Origin: Takakia lepidozioides
Lineage: Eukaryota > Plantae > Bryophyta
Reading direction: 5' to 3'
Assembly: GCA_030704615.1 (NCBI GenBank)
Contig: CM060734.1
Span: forward strand, 57,784,001 to 57,848,000
DNA length: 64,000 bases
The notes below the pieces were generated by a model. It was not told where the DNA came from. It saw nothing but the letters and a program-made list of their open reading frames with translations, and made no database searches. Shown in pieces: positions 1-14,439 of the stretch (within the stretch, counting starts at the first letter, position 1; every line of letters starts with the position of its first letter). The position numbers and the translations under genes are program-made.

Positions 1-923
1 GTGAAATCCACTTTATCACATAAACTAAGTCAAGCCAAGAACACATTTGCTTAATGAGTCCACCCTACAAAACACTCAACACACTCCCTTTCAATACCTA
101 GAGCTATGGAGGTGAGAGAGGCTCATGGAGGTTCAACTACAAGAAGATGAGCCCTCCTCAACCCTCACAAGGGGAAAACCCATCCCCATGTCCCAAGTGA
201 GGCTTGACACCTCACTTGGCATATGAGACCAAATGAAGTCCCAACACACAAAATACAAATATAAATATCCAAAATGTCATAATTAACTAGAAGCAGGTAA
301 TTCTAGTTAACCATGACATCATCGTCTTTCGGGGCCGCACCTCACTTTGGTAAATTCCTTTTCAAGTCATAGTTACTCGTTTTGATGGAAGCACAGCACA
401 AACGCAAGGCACTTGAAGGAACCACCACCTGGCTTAAATACCAACACATCGAACATCCTCAACCAACACAATGTTATTTGACCCTCCAACTTCCACAGTC
501 TTACTAGCGGCTGTGCATCATAGTCAAAGACAGATCGCTAATATGTGCACTACCACTTAGGTAGAGCAGATCTCAAGTACTAGAGAAAATGCTGAATTTG
601 AGAATCTTCTCTTCTCATTCCTACAACCATGTCCAATTTGGTGGTCCAAAATCCTCTCAAGCCGGATACTAACAACTGGAAGCTGTTGATACACAGAAAG
701 TAGGGACAGAAAGGTGGCAATGTGTCTAAAGTACAAAACACAGATCATTTGTGTTTGCTAACTATTAGTAGCTAGCAGACATGGCTTGCGCACTTGCCCT
801 ATCTCGTCTTAATTGAGCTTCATTTCCTTGAATCAGAGGCCCATCAAGAAACTACAGTTCAACATAATATAGAATTCAACATCCTCCAGCCTGTTGTAAA
901 AGTGAAGAGGGATGATTATTGAC

Positions 924-1006
924 GGAGAAGTTTCCTTAAACAAAGGAGGTATCTTGATGGAGAAGTTTTCTTAAACAAAGGAGGTATCTTGATGGAGAAG
1001 TTTCCT
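924..1006. repeat. 35-bp tandem repeat, about 2.4 copies
   Basis: ggagaagttt(c/t)cttaaacaaaggaggtatcttgat occurs at 924 and 959, with a partial third copy at 994. It is followed by a ggtaa-rich tract (about 1040-1165). Confidence 0.85.
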
Positions 1007-2029
1007 CCAAAAGAAGCTTAACAATTTCTTAAGTCACTCTCGGTAATTTGGTTTACTCTCGGTAATTTGATAATTAATGGTAATTTATGATAGATCATGG
1101 TAGATTACGGTAACTTTTGGTAACATGATAACTTGATAACTTCTGGTATTTATTCCTGGTAAGTTCATTTGGGCTATGTCCGTGACAGTCGGGTATGAAT
1201 ATGTGACAAGTAGTGGATGTTGGTTCGTTGGTGGTGTTTGATAACCATCTGAAATTTATGGTGTAGATTGGGGTTTTTGTAGGTGCCAAAAAGGTGATCA
1301 TTGTTTTCCCAGGTGTTACGTTTGGGAGTTGTTCCCTTCCATTGATAATTATATAGAGTTTTGACACATATAGCACCATATTGATCCAAGGACTTTTTTT
1401 TGAGTTATGCCTTGTATTTCCACTAGTGTGTGGGCGGGTGTGACGGGGTATTCTGTGGGGTGAATAGCAAGTGGCGATGATATAGCAGTAGGTTGGAGTG
1501 GCTGTGGCTAGGGTGTTTGAGGTTGTGTGGGGCGGCCGTTTGTTGGATTTAAGATGGAGCCATGGAATAGTAATTAGATTTGGTTTTGCACCGGTCTCGA
1601 TGAATATCGAGGGAGTAGCTCCCATGGATGATGGGGCGAAGAATTACATTGTCTTGTGTTAGGCATGCAGGAGTGGGAAAATATAGTATTTGGAGGTGTT
1701 GCAAATGAACATGTTGGGAGCGCGATGGTGGTTTGGGGTCATGTGGAGCACATTGTATAGTGTAGGTGAAGAAATGCGGCCACGTCATGTTGTGGATAAT
1801 TATTACTTTTTAATGACAAGTTTTAGTCAAAATTGCATACGGAAGACATTAGTTGTTATTGTTTTTTTGGGAGGGGGCACAAGTGAAGGCAATTTTACTT
1901 CACTCCGGAGAAGAGTACAAAGCAACCCCCAGCCAGGATATAAAGGGGCTTCACCCCAAGCCCAGCAGGGGCGTGGAGATCAAACTAGTGAACAAATTGA
2001 CCCATTCTAGGTCTCTGATAGGACCACAT

Positions 2030-2500
2030 AACATGTCTACCAGCCATGTAAAATAGCAGATGTTGTGACCCCCAAAGCTTGTCAAAATGAGAGAGGATGT
2101 CATGTTCAGCCATTGGAAAGTCATCTACTGTTTTGATAGCCTCTTTCCATGCCATCTTGGCATAGTGAAGGAGGGCTTCCCAGACGAGCTGTTGCAGCTC
2201 CTCCTGCTGCCACCTGTCCCTATTGAAGATGAGATCATTCTCTCAATCCAAACAAGCCAAAGGATTATGCCCCTCAACAGCGACCAAATTGGACCAAAGA
2301 ACCGAAGGCTTTTGGGTAGTTTCTTGTCAAAGAGGCACTGCTGTAGGTTGAAACACTTCCAAGCCCCTTCCCTGAGGAGCATTTGACCTCAACCTGTGAA
2401 GGACAGTAATACCCCATTTCAAGGCCCTAACAGCTTGAGGGCACTCTAAGAATCTATGCGCAAATTGTTTCAAGCAAAGACGCAACTATCTATGCGATTT
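2030..2500 (-). mobile_element. Degenerate L1-clade LINE ORF2 3' fragment (zf-RVT region)
   Basis: Minus-strand translation across frameshifts gives ..LETI.HRFLEC.. followed by WSLLRGIILWLVWIER (ORF 2125..2382). This matches the plant L1 C-terminal E-x3-H-x4-C and W..W..RN motifs. Confidence 0.65.
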
Positions 2501-2981
2501 ACCATACTGGAAGGTACCCCCTAGACTTGTACTTGTTTGAGTTCAATGTTCTTTGTAAATGGAAAAGGTAGTGCCCATGTAATGGTTACTTCTTATTTTC
2601 CGAGTGGTAAAATAGCAGTGCATGTAAACTGAACTCTACATTTTAATAACTCGTGGAGTGGTAAGAGGTAGTATCCATGATGCTTAGGAAGTTGTTGGTC
2701 TTTGGCAATCTGGACAGTTGACAGATACTGTGGAGGTGCCAATAGCAACTAGTAGGTATACCAAACAACCCTAATTTCAGTCATTCATTCCCTGTCCCTT
2801 CAAGCTAGTTGATCCACTTCTGTTGGGAAATCAAAGAGCCAAGATATTTTATTTCCACATTGAATGTGTTTCACCTGACAGCTTCAAAAACAACACTGTA
2901 CTTTTGTACTTATGTTGGTTCATACTTGATAGTAAGGATTGCCACTGCCTTACTAACATCAAATTGCAAAGATCTCTCTCT

Positions 2982-3065
2982 TTTCACCCAAACCGGGTGT
3001 GGGGTCAATGGCCACAAGGCTGCGGCAAACGATATCTTATGAGTACATTCTCTCTGTCTCTCTCC
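2982..3065 (+). mobile_element. Short 3'-end copy of the RTE-X-like LINE
   Basis: aaaccgggtgtggggtcaatggccacaaggctgcggcaaacgatatcttatgagtacattctctct closely matches the LINE 3' end at 61221-61280. CT-rich tracts flank both sides. Confidence 0.85.
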
Positions 3066-3540
3066 AGATACACAAGCAAGGGGAGTGTGGTTATTTGCCT
3101 GACATCCTTCCTGTTCATGTCAATCTAGACATTTAGCATTGGAACTGCAATGGACAGTAGGGAGCGGAAAGAGCGGAAAGCAACAAGAGGGAAAAAAAGG
3201 TTTCCCCACAGATGCTTCCTTGCATTAACATCTTCATGCTCAATTGGTAGATGGCTCCATGGATGGAATTCCTTACCAAGGAATGGTGACAATTTGGGGA
3301 CTTGTAATTTTCAGTTTGGTGAACTCAGTTAACCATTGGAAGGTAAACTGAATGAACTGATGGATGAACCAAGACATCCATCATGTCATCTCAAGAAATC
3401 CACCTCTACAAATCCTGGGACTGTGTACTACAGTCCTCAGTTCAGTTAAATGCACTTCTTAACTAAAGATAGACAGTGAACAACTTTAAAGTGTGCCTGA
3501 AGTTCAACAATGTGCCTGTACACTATGCTACTCACAGATG

Positions 3541-6200
3541 CTAGTAAACCTGGCATTTTATCACCTGTAGCTGAACTCTGAATCCAGGCATGGTCATAAA
3601 TTGTACCTTCGGCGATATGATATTGGGGCAAACTTTTGTGGCAGGATTGACTGTCTCAACATAGAGAGGACTGGCTTCCATACCTCTCCCCACCCTGAGT
3701 ATTGTAGCCGCAGGATTCAGAGAAAACGCCAGCTGGTGCAGCAACCAGACACTCTTGGCTGCATCTAGAAAAGCTCCTGTGAATACTTGTCTTTCCTCAG
3801 TATTCTTGAAGACAATGTTCCAAGGGAAAAGGAACCATATGTCCCGCATTTTTTTCTCACAAAACGCCCAGAATTTTGGTTCAAAGTCAGCATGATCGGG
3901 ATTGACAGCATCCGTTGCATCAACTAATTTCATGCGTTGGAACTCTTTGAACCGTATTGCAGTTCGCTCACTGGGGTCAATGATCAGCGTCAGCCCCGAC
4001 TCGTCGAAGCTATCATTTTCAAAGCAATGAAACATGACCTGCCAACAAACCATGACACATGTACACACTGATAAAAGTGGCTTTAGAATCTAGAGCCCCC
4101 TCCACCACTGAAGAAAGAAATGACAGTTCTGTTACCCTGAAGTTTGCAGTTTGATGAACCAGGATCAAAATGCTGTTGCAGTGGCAAGCACATTGATTGA
4201 AGCTTCTCAATAATGGTTGCTTTTATACCATGTACCATTTCCCTGGTGAGGTCTAAGTTTAGGGTTTAGGGTAGATCCAATATGCCCAACATGGTGACGT
4301 AAAATGGTTCTTGCAGAGGAAATAGTCTTGCACACCGCCCTCTCGGTGCAAGGGTACTTCCAGGACTTTCCATTGTTGATAGTGGTATGTACTATGATGG
4401 TTGCATTCTGAATCCGAGCCGACCATAATGCACAATTTTGTTGTGGGCATCACCATGTTGAAATTATACGGGTCATTTCAGTGCACACTAAGACTTCTGA
4501 GATTTTGTCTCTCCCCAGTTAGGATGAGACTTTACAGAGGGAAAAACCAATGGAGATTTTTTTGCAATAGGTGAAAGCATGATGGAGCAATAGTGGGTGG
4601 AGGCAGAAAGCTCATGAGCCTTAACACATCTCTCAGAGAATATGCAATGTCCTTGTCTGAGGAGCTGACAGCAGCCACAGACAGGACAGGATGCCAACGT
4701 TATCCAGAATGATTATAGCTGGCTTCAGGATCTATATCAAATCCCAAGGCTCAAACCTGGATAGGTGAGGGAAACTATCAAGGTGGAGTACTGGGAAACC
4801 TGCTCCTGACAGACTGCATGCTTGAAACTTGTAGTTCAAATTCATTAGAAATTTCTTGCCATAACCTTGTGCCTATACACTATGCAGCTGGTTTGGACTC
4901 TTACCTTGTTAAGGCTGGATTCCAATGCAAATAAAGTATGCTCTCGTTTAGAGAACTTTGCATCAGGATCAATTGCTGCAAGAGTTCGCCAGACTGAGTA
5001 CCCCGAGACTTCCATCTGTTTCATGAAGACTCTGCAAAAGTATTGAACGGCGACCCGGGCCCTGATTACTGCCATCTCAAACAGAAGGACTCTTGCTGAG
5101 ACTGTCGATTCCTCGGCTCTTGGGCATTGGGGATTCAAACTTCCCATTGCCTGCCCAACACCACCTAGTGGATGTCTTCCCAGAGTTTCCCCCATTTGCT
5201 CAGTTGATGCTGTTTCTGGTCTTGTACTTGTCTGTTGAGAATCTTCGCTACTTTCAGAGAAGCCAATGCTGGAAGAGGATGGCGAGGTCTCTGTGGACGC
5301 CCTGAACAAAAGTTCACCAGAACTGGAAGTCTTTGCATGAGGGATGTCCACACTTACAACTGGTTGCTTGCCATCCATGGCCTGTACACCAAAGATACTC
5401 CCTTTCCCAACGTTAATTCCGATAAGATGATGAGGTATATCAGATAATGAGGGATATGGCTCAACTGATCCTGGTCTAGAATCTTTTTTATCTTTAAACT
5501 GCCACTCACTGAGTCCAGTCAGTAGTCCAACCTCTAGGTTCCCCTTCTGATGCTGTTACTACAAGATCTCAAGGCAATAAAAAATTTGTCCATCTTGTTT
5601 GCAAATTGAAAGAAAGCTCCAGAAGATTAGGTCAGATCCTGCATAAGATGATGAATTGAAGGAGACTGTTGGTATCCAAATCCTGCAGTTTTGTCAAGCA
5701 TTGGTGTTGTAAGAGCTAGTATTCTGTTACTTACTGAAGCAACCTATGTTAGCAAACCATCAATGACAAATCGATCATTTGCCTGTCTCAGCTTGTTCGG
5801 CTGCCTGTTGGTATCTCCTTGGGGTAGCTCTAAGTCCAGCTCTCACCATAGTGAGTCCAACCAATGAACATCTCTATGCTGATATGGTAAATGTCGTACA
5901 GCTTGACTGGCCAAATGAGAGAAGGAGGGAAGGAGTCCAACGTGAGACTATAAGAATCACCACACACACCTGTAACTGCTCAAGCTTCCATTCAAGCATT
6001 TCAATTGTTTCTTCTTTGTCTGCAAGTGCTGATTGCTGTCTCTTGCTGAGCTCTAACAAAGCCGCTGCCCTGCTTTTGGCCCATACCCTATTTTTCAAGC
6101 TGTCATTGGGTACCCAACATGACAAAAAGCCTGAGAAGAGGCATGAAAAGGACACACGGGGCCAACCACGTCTCGCACCATGGCAGACTTCATGAGCTGC
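3541..6200 (-). CDS. GIL1 / IRK-interacting (IRKI) family protein, multi-exon; 5' exons unresolved and may extend towards about 9.9 kb
   Basis: Last exon 3541-4038: MFHCFENDSFDESG..F.AFCEKKM..W..FLDAAKSVWLLHQLAFS.NP..ILRV..MPGF..IKCQVY*, the GIL1/IRKI C-terminal domain. Exon 4905 to about 5553 ends FCRVFMKQMEVSG..H.LFALESSLNK|gtaaga. A coiled-coil exon ends EWKLEQLQ|gtgtgt at 5970. Confidence 0.8.
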
Positions 6201-8235
6201 ATCCTCGCTAAAAAACATGAGTGGTGACGCATTGAGACTCAGATAGCCTGGAGAACCAACGGCCACAAAATTTTAATTGCTTCTCACATCTCTGAACAAT
6301 TGAGGAAAACTGAACTTCACCAATGGGCGTTTGGGCGGAACAGAGAGAGGGAGAGAGAAGGAAATATATGAAGTCCATGTAGACCCAACGGGACACAAGT
6401 AGAGAGGGGAGCTTCAAATGGGGTTGCTATTTGACACGCTCTACAAGGCTTACATACAAAGGAACATAAAGTACCCCTAAACACTTGTATGACAATGCTA
6501 TGAACCTCAATTTCCAAAGGGTGTGCGCAGATACATAGCCAGATAGAAATTTTCAAAAGGGAGCAAGCGAAGAAGCCCAAACACACACACACACACACAG
6601 AGATGAACTGAAATGGTTCTTTCTAACGTCCGCAGAAAGCTCAAAGAGCTTAAGGTAGAAGAGAGTATGAAACAAGAAAAGAGAGGGACCCTCCACAAGG
6701 TAAAAGAGGCCCCATGGCGAAGGAAGGGGAAATGAAATGAAATGGTGCTTTATAACGTCCGCGGAAAGTCATAGAGCTTATGGGACAAAATGGAAAGAAA
6801 AACATGAGAGAAAACAGGAAACCAGAGTCAAAGATAAGAACTAATGTTCGAGTGATTGTCTAAGGGTGAATGCCTCGTGCAGGTAGGCTGCCAAGCATTT
6901 CTGATCCTCATAGTGAAAGACCTCAGTGAGAGATTGGGTTCCACGGAATAGACAACGGAATCTCCCACGGATCTCATAGTATAGAGGGCAATAGAAGAAG
7001 AAGTGGAATTGAAGTGGAAGGAGGAAAGTGAAGTTCTCGGAAACAGTGGCCAGACAGATACCTCGTGGTGTGTTGGGTGCGACTTTATGATACGGGCTTT
7101 CATCTTCTGTGCTACGAAACTTGAGAGAAATTGCCGAAAGGATGGGTGACGAGCTGTAACGTTTGGTTACCCATGTTTTGGAGCACAATCCAGAGTTGCC
7201 AGAGGTACCTTCTTTGCCCAGTCCACATTCATCTTCCAAAGGTGCCTGCAAAGTAATACACTCATTGTAATCAGACAATAGAAGCATGCATGTATAACTG
7301 GGAGTGTAAGCATTCCAAGTCAATAATGGCAGTACGGAATGGCTTGAAAGTCTCAATATCACTGGGAAAAACTGAATGAAATGCAGTTAGACAGTGTTAA
7401 ATATTTTCAGCTCAAACCATGACTCTGAACAACCCTTAGTAAGGCAAGACTCTTCACGGTTATAGAATATTTTCTAGGTCATGTGAGTAAAAGCTGCAAA
7501 TGCCCTATTTGTTGTCTACCATTTGTTCAAGATACAATGAACACTCCTCGGTCGAATGTTGTTTCCGGAATTTTTAGGCACAAATCTCAAGCTTATATAT
7601 CAAAGACACCAGCATCTTCCATAATATCAATCATGACTCACAGTGTATTACACCATCGGGTTTAAGATCTACACATCATCTCCATAATCAGGTTGTGCAA
7701 CAAGCTTCACGACTTGTTAAAAATAAAATAAAATAAAAATATACATGACTTTCGTGACTACTGGTTATAGGCCAGAAGAACCAGATACTAGAGCATTCCC
7801 TCAACAATGTGCCTGTAAGTGCGCGTACATCACTGGTTTCCACTATGCCATGCCAATCTATAAATGTGTCCCATGGAAAGAAAGCCACCTGGCCCCCAGC
7901 TTAAAGCATAACCATTCAACAAACAACAGGAAATAAAGGTTCAAGTTCCTGGACCTTAGTCAACAACATCGTAAGTCGCAGGAGGTGAATGGAGATGGAT
8001 CACAGACAGGGGAAGAAAGAATATCAAATTGAGAGAAGAGGGTCTGCAGCTAGAATAACACAGGAGAATAGAGTTCAACCTGCTGATGAGCAGCATATTT
8101 GCCAACAGATGTATGCATGGAACCTTCCATATCCAGGCCACCCTCTTCCTCCCTAAGTTGCAAGTGGGACAAACGCCTCCTACAGCTTATAGCCGAGATA
8201 ACTGTAACAAGTTCAGCATGGTCAATGCATTTTGG

Positions 8236-8239
<4 letters not shown>

Positions 8240-8334
<95 letters not shown>

Positions 8335-8336
8335 GA
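8240..8336. repeat. (GA)n microsatellite, about 97 bp
   Basis: Near-perfect GA dinucleotide run. Confidence 0.98.
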
Positions 8337-10539
8337 TGATTTTTAAGGTCAGCTGAATATACTACTGACATGTAAAAGTATAACATACAGAGAAACAGAG
8401 CTGGCTTATAGTCCTGAGGTTTACCCAGAAGGTGAACTTATAATGCTGCTTGTGCACACAATTGCCATAGCTTATGATACAATGATCTGGAGTTAAGAGA
8501 TTCGCAACCCTCCAGAACCAACAAGTTTCACAACATTGAACGTCTAATTTTGTGTAAAGTAGGCAAAAGGGTGAAGGAAAACCTTCTTAAACTGCATCTA
8601 ACTTACTTGATCTTAGTGTGTCAGAGGAGAGGAGAGTAGAGGACGTTACCTGGCACATAAGCAGATTGACAACCAGCGAGCCATTTTGGTTTGCACTCCC
8701 ATGTTAGCAGCTTGGATGTGTTTGATAAGATTCACAGCTGTTTTCTTCAACCTCGATTTGGCATTGATAAGTTGGCACTTGGATTCTTCAACTCCAAGGG
8801 ATAGCAGCCATAGGGACAGAATCAGCATTGCAACTTCACTGAAAAGTGTTTATAGACAAGAAGCCTTTATCCAGGCATCAGCATTTATTTGGCTTCTGCT
8901 CCCTGTATCTTGCTTCTCTATTCACCTCATTTCTCCCTCTCTCCTTTTCATGCCTTCCACCCCTGCGTAGATGCACTTGAATCTTACTTCCCGATATGAA
9001 CTACAAAAGATCAACGTTTGGTCGTGTTCTGAGAAATATATTCCGCATCTCGGGGAGTTAACAGAGAACAATGGCAACGAGTGTGAGAGAGAGGGACCCC
9101 GAGAGTAGGCTAGGTTCATTGTCTTCCCTGGATCTGAAGGTACACGGTACCTCAAGAAAGAAAGTAGAATGAGGAAAAGCGTGAGGAACTTGAGATCAGA
9201 CAAAGCGAGAGAGTGCAGTAGCTATAGGCAGAATTCACACAAGAGAGAGAACGAAAGAGAGTCCAACATTCATTTCCCGCATTTCGAAGCATAAGAGTGG
9301 GAATACAAGAGCACAAGAGCTAAGACTCTAGACGATTACTGCAGACTGCTTCTTTGGCTCAGATTACCTACACGGACCTACCGACCTCCAGCAGAAAAGA
9401 GAAGACTTTCTGTGGACAGCTAACACAGCTGCCACTTCCGAAGCTCCAACCAACAACGAGAGAGAAAACAGATCAATCCAACATCAGCTACAATTCAGAC
9501 TGCACATTACCTACACATCACAACAGACACCAGAGAAAATCCTCAATGCTTGGTCAACACCAAAAAACCAGAAGCCAACGGATTTCACACACGGTGCAGA
9601 ATCCACACGCTCATGCCTGTCGTCCTTCAAACCAGTCACGCACAAGCACACGCGCACACGAGCGAGGTGCCAGTGAAGTGCACACATTCCAACGTGGCCA
9701 CATCCCTCCTCCTCCCTCCCTAATAATCACCTCCTCTTGTCTCCCAGACATCCAGCGATCCACATTGCTCCCGGGAATGTTAGTCCCGGCATCAGAGATG
9801 CTATTTTGAAGCGCAGAGCCGGCAAACGGCCAAACAGTTGAATTGCCGCGCAGCGAGCGCCATAAAGACGACGCCATGAAAGCTTCTCCGCACTACTCCT
9901 TCACGTCCTCGCTCCCCCCCTAGGGTTCGTTGCAACGTCAGAGACGAAGCTTCCCCCACGTATGACCCCCAGGGATGAACGCAGTAGCCCAATATTCATC
10001 CACTAGCACCAGCATACCGTCGGCCTGCCCACATCCATCTGCACACACATTCGTCGAACCTTTTTTCGGGGGGGTATAAAATTGAGCCAAAATTGGATAT
10101 TTTCATTTATTGCTACATTTTGGTTCCATGTACGTTCCGCCTGGCATGTTCCATGTTAACGGTTAAGTCATGTCAGTTTCTGTTAGCAATAAGGTGGATG
10201 GAGTTGCGTAAGCGTCATCCATCCAAAATGCAGATGGATGGAGTTTGTCGCCGCTAAATCTGGCGGTAGTTAGGGTCTGGCGGCAGCTAAATGTAGCGGA
10301 GGAGTTTGTTGTAACTTCCGGCTCGTCGCTTCGAGGGACGCTGCTGCCTCTTCAGGTTCTGGTTCTAATAACTCTTGAGGGATGGAAAGCCGCATGCAAA
10401 TCGGTTAGGGCGTACACACATGCGTGTCTATGGTGCTTGATTCTTCTTCTTTGCAAGGACTTGGTACCTGAAGTGTCGGATCTCCTTTTCATCGTTGGGG
10501 AAAGGAAATCGAAGAAAGATCGAGGAAGGATTTAGGATT

Positions 10540-10750
10540 GGGGTTTTGAGCAGTCGAAGTAGTAGAAGCTTGATAAAGCCTGAGGATTTGGAGTAGTCGA
10601 GGAGTCGAAGCAGGATTAAAGAAGGTTGAGGATTTGGGTCGAAGCAGGATTGAGGAACGCTTGAGGATTAGGGTTGCGTCGAAGCAGATTGAGGAGAGCT
10701 CGAGGAGTTGGGTCGGAGCAAGATTGAAGAAAGGTTGAGGATTTGGGTAG
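10540..10750. repeat. Degenerate purine-rich tandem repeat (unit about 33 bp) upstream of the + OBERON-like CDS
   Basis: Recurring gaggatttgggtcgaagcaggattga(a/g)gaa-like units, about 5-6 copies. Confidence 0.65.
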
Positions 10751-10820
10751 ATGAGGGAGGGAGATGACATGACTGGGGTGGCCGATTTTGGTTCAGCATC
10801 CAGGCACAAGGGATTCTTCA

Positions 10821-13454
10821 ATGGAAAGTCTCAATTCCTTGTTTTTGTGGAGGAAAAGACGGCCTGAGAACAGGGCCTTGTTGGATAGGAGAAATTTGGG
10901 AAGTAAAGAGGCGTGGGACCAAATACCAGCCTCCTTTGACAGCTCCCAGCGCACAGTCGAGTCGGACGGAACTCCGTGCTGGCCTTTGTTCAACTGGGCG
11001 ACCTTCCCATGCAAGAAAGCGAAGCTATCATCGGGGTGTTGCAGCAAGGATCCAGGGCCTGGATCCAAAATACATCCCCTTTCCTCCCGTATAATTAGAG
11101 AGCGCAATTCAAACCCGACCAGGAAAAATCATGACCATCACAGTAGTGAAACTGTGAACAGGGAGGAAAGCTCTCCCTTTTCATGGGGTCCTTTTGCGTT
11201 GGGGTTTAATTGCATCGGAATGCCTTCATGTGATCGGCGACGGACAGGGGAGCCGAGAGAGAGCAGGCGGCGGTGTAGCAGAAGCCCAAAGAAGGGCATA
11301 GGCCTGAGTGTGCTTGGATTATGGCCTGCAGCCTCCAAGAAAGCACCGCATGGTGAAGATTTGATATCAATTATTACAAACCAGACCAGCTGGAAATGGT
11401 TCATTTCCTCAGACTCCATCTTGCAGAGCTTCATGGATGAAGCTGCAACACTGAAGCACAAGGATAGCAAGGAATTGAACGAGATGCGCCTTCTGTTGCT
11501 GAAAGGGCAGCTGACCTACAATCGACTGAGGAGGTATCCAAAAGCGGTGTTGAAGGTGTTTGTATTACTGCTGCGCAACGTGGACCCCCCCAATGCCCAG
11601 AAAAAAGTACTGATTGATCTGTGCACCAAGTGGTGCTGTAAGAACAAAAACTACTTTTGCTATCTTGAAAATTTCAAAGGAGGGAATACTAGAGGGGGGA
11701 GCAGTGGGGATGAAGCTGAGAGCCATGACAGTTATATGGGCTCCAAAATCTTGAAACACTGGCCAGATAAAGGTGGCATCTCAGACACAGCTGCAAATGG
11801 TGGATTTGCGGATGCAAGTAGTTATAAGGACATTATGAGTAAGAGTGAATCTACAGAGGATTCCATGCTCGACGACAGTGGCTTGAGGTACTCATCATCT
11901 TATGCAACATGACTCTCTAAGAAAATCGTGTTACTGCTTTAAGATAATCTAACACACACCACCGGGGATAAGAAAGCTTGGACTTCATATCCATATATGT
12001 GACAATGATCTGAGAAGTGTTTGACAACAGTTTCACCTACTGGGAACAGCTTGCACATGGGGAGCAGCATCTTGGATCATCAAATTCTGAGCAGTGAAGA
12101 TGACAACGAGTTGGAAAGCATGTGCACTGACGATGATGCAGAATGTTCGAGTGTTGTTCAAGACCATGAGCCCACCTACTGCCCATGCTTTGCTTGCAAC
12201 AGCAACGATGAGTTTTGCTATGGATGCATGTGTACGGTTTGCAAACTTGTGTGCCGACCTTGGGAGTCCTTCAACATAATCACATGCAGGGCATGTGCAC
12301 ACATGGCTCATTTGCGGTGTGCAGTGAAGATGTGCCTTGCAGGATGTGTGGCTGACAGGGGGCTTGAAAGCGAGTACTGGTGTCAGAGTTGTGGCGCTAA
12401 GGTATCACCATTCCTCTGTGTTCTTCCTGCTAGAGAACCTTCCATTTTTGCAGACTACATTGAAGCACTCCTGGGGGATATGGACCTTTTTCATCGTCAA
12501 ATGTCTGGTTTAATGTGAAGGAGGACTTGGTGCCGTATTGGAAAGCGCGACTGAGGGATGCAAGCCAGAGCAATGATAAGCAAACAATGGAAAGCCATCT
12601 ATATTGTGCAATGATTGCGCTCACCAACACACAGCGGCCCCGTTACAAGGACCTACAGGCGCTTGTTACGGAAGCTTGGGCTCAGATTGCCAATGGCACT
12701 CGATTCTCTGATGTTCAAGGCCTTGTGGGGCTCATTTGCTCTGAAATCGAGTCCCAAAGTTCAGTACAAAGTGACCTAGGTAAGCACATGCAAACTGTGA
12801 ATACTTGTGCCCCTTATTTCTTTCCCCAACAACTTGGGAGGGCAAGAATTTCTCTCTTTATGTTCCTTTCCCCCTACCTGAATGTCATGATGCCTTACAC
12901 ATAGTCAGAAGAGCAATTGTAAGTAGCTCTCTCTTGCATACTCTCCTTTGTTGGCATTGGCCTTCTCCCAGCCTTTGCACTTTGCAGTGGCAAGTGTGAA
13001 CATTGATAGAAAGTATGTGTCGTGAAGAACTAGACAAATACAATTACCAGATTTTATCCATTGCGGATGAGTGGTGAGTGTCAAATGAGTGCATGATTAT
13101 TTACAGAGCCTTACAAGTGGCGTTGCATGCACAGTTGGAGTAAACATTCAAGAATATGCTTCGGATTTGTTGAAGAAAGCAGAAGAGGATGCAACCGATG
13201 TCACTGAGACACGGCAAGAGGTTGAGGCATGGAAAGGGGTCTTGCAACAAACTGAACAACAATTGAAGCGCCTGGAACTGAAGTTGGATGCAAAAACAAA
13301 GAGTGCTCTCTTCTCAAGGGCTGCAGCTGTCATTGCACGAAAGCGCATACAAGAGTCTCAAATTTGTCAGCCACCTTTTGTGGCTGGAAATGAAGAACAG
13401 GTAAACACTAATGATGACATCGTGGACAATCTCACAGCGATGTTAAAAAACTAA
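10821..13454 (+). CDS. OBERON/VIN3-type PHD-finger protein (paralogue A), multi-exon
   Basis: Predicted exons 10821-11838, 12031-12401, 12521-12779 and 13135-13454 (possible further donor at 13401); all GT-AG joins keep frame. Contains CPCFAC..FCYGCMCTVC..CRACAHMAHLRCA..AG.V...LESEYWCQSCGAKEDLVPYWK (PHD_Oberon-like), then a helical bundle and a coiled coil. Confidence 0.75.
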
Positions 13455-14439
13455 ATGAGGTGGGACATAAAACCAATGAGGTAAAAGTTGTGAAATCTTG
13501 TGCAAGTAGTTCATTCGACTGCTGAACAGATCATATTGTTCAAGCTTACCTCCTTTTCCTGACAAGAACTATGATCTTGGGATTGCAACTTTTATAAACT
13601 TTGGGATCCAACAGGCCACAAAACACAAACCATTGAAGTCGAGTTTAGGTGCTTGGCTCAAGTCTGGTAGTTTTCAGCATCTTCTTTCTCATTTCAAATA
13701 TGTTCTTGATTATCCACATTCCCGATTAAGTTCCAGACAGACGAACACCACAAGGAACAGTTTTGTTCTCACCAAGTACGAGTATGTGGCTTCAGTCCAT
13801 GAAAGATACGGAAAATGCTGAAAAGATGCTGAAAATGCTGTGATGTAACTAGTAACCACCTCGGTCTGATGGGATTTTTCTGCAAAACTTCTGCATGAGT
13901 TGTATTCCTAGCGCAGTTGATCACTAGATCAGATTTAAATCAAATGGTCAATACATGGCTTTCCCATACATAGTAGACAATGGGCTGTGAACTCCAGATA
14001 GTCCATAGTGCGCACAAATACGAGGCATTCATCAGAACGGGTTTGCTTCAGAATGCAGGGAATACCAACTTGCAAAAGAGGTGTCAACGACATTCAGTAG
14101 GACAACAAAAACGATTATGATTGGTTTTACAATGACGATATGGACATTGTAGGCATTGTAGCAGAGAGCTGTTCCATACCCAGAAGCCGGAAACTAAGTT
14201 GAATTTGTTACAGAAAACTAGAAAGTTCTGTATTGACAACCTACGGCACTTCCACTCAAGCCAGAAGTAGATGGCAAGAAATTTAGATGGGAACAAAGAG
14301 AACCACTCCCACTAAGGAGCTTCTATAAAGAGTGGCACAGATAGTTATCTCCTAACTAGGTGAGTCATCTTAATTCCATCGTGGCTACCTGAGGGATGCG
14401 AAAGAGACGAGGAAGGGAGGAAACGAGGCGAGCTTCTAA

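Noticed and set aside
429-445. LTR-retrotransposon primer-binding site (ggcttaaatacca resembles gctctgatacca)
   Set aside because: It has several mismatches, no adjacent TG..CA LTR boundary, and no gag/pol sequence in view.
6607-6783. Roughly 50-bp imperfect direct duplication (gaaatggt..taacgtccgc.gaaag..agagctta) beside (CA)n
   Set aside because: It is real but looks like an ordinary local intronic duplication with no sign of function.
8086-8356. ORFs with ER/RE repeats
   Set aside because: They are translation artefacts of the (GA)n microsatellite.
11910-11912. Premature stop making the + OBERON-like gene a pseudogene
   Set aside because: A frame-preserving intron 11839-12030 (gtaaga...caacag) removes it. 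This is not confirmed without RNA data.
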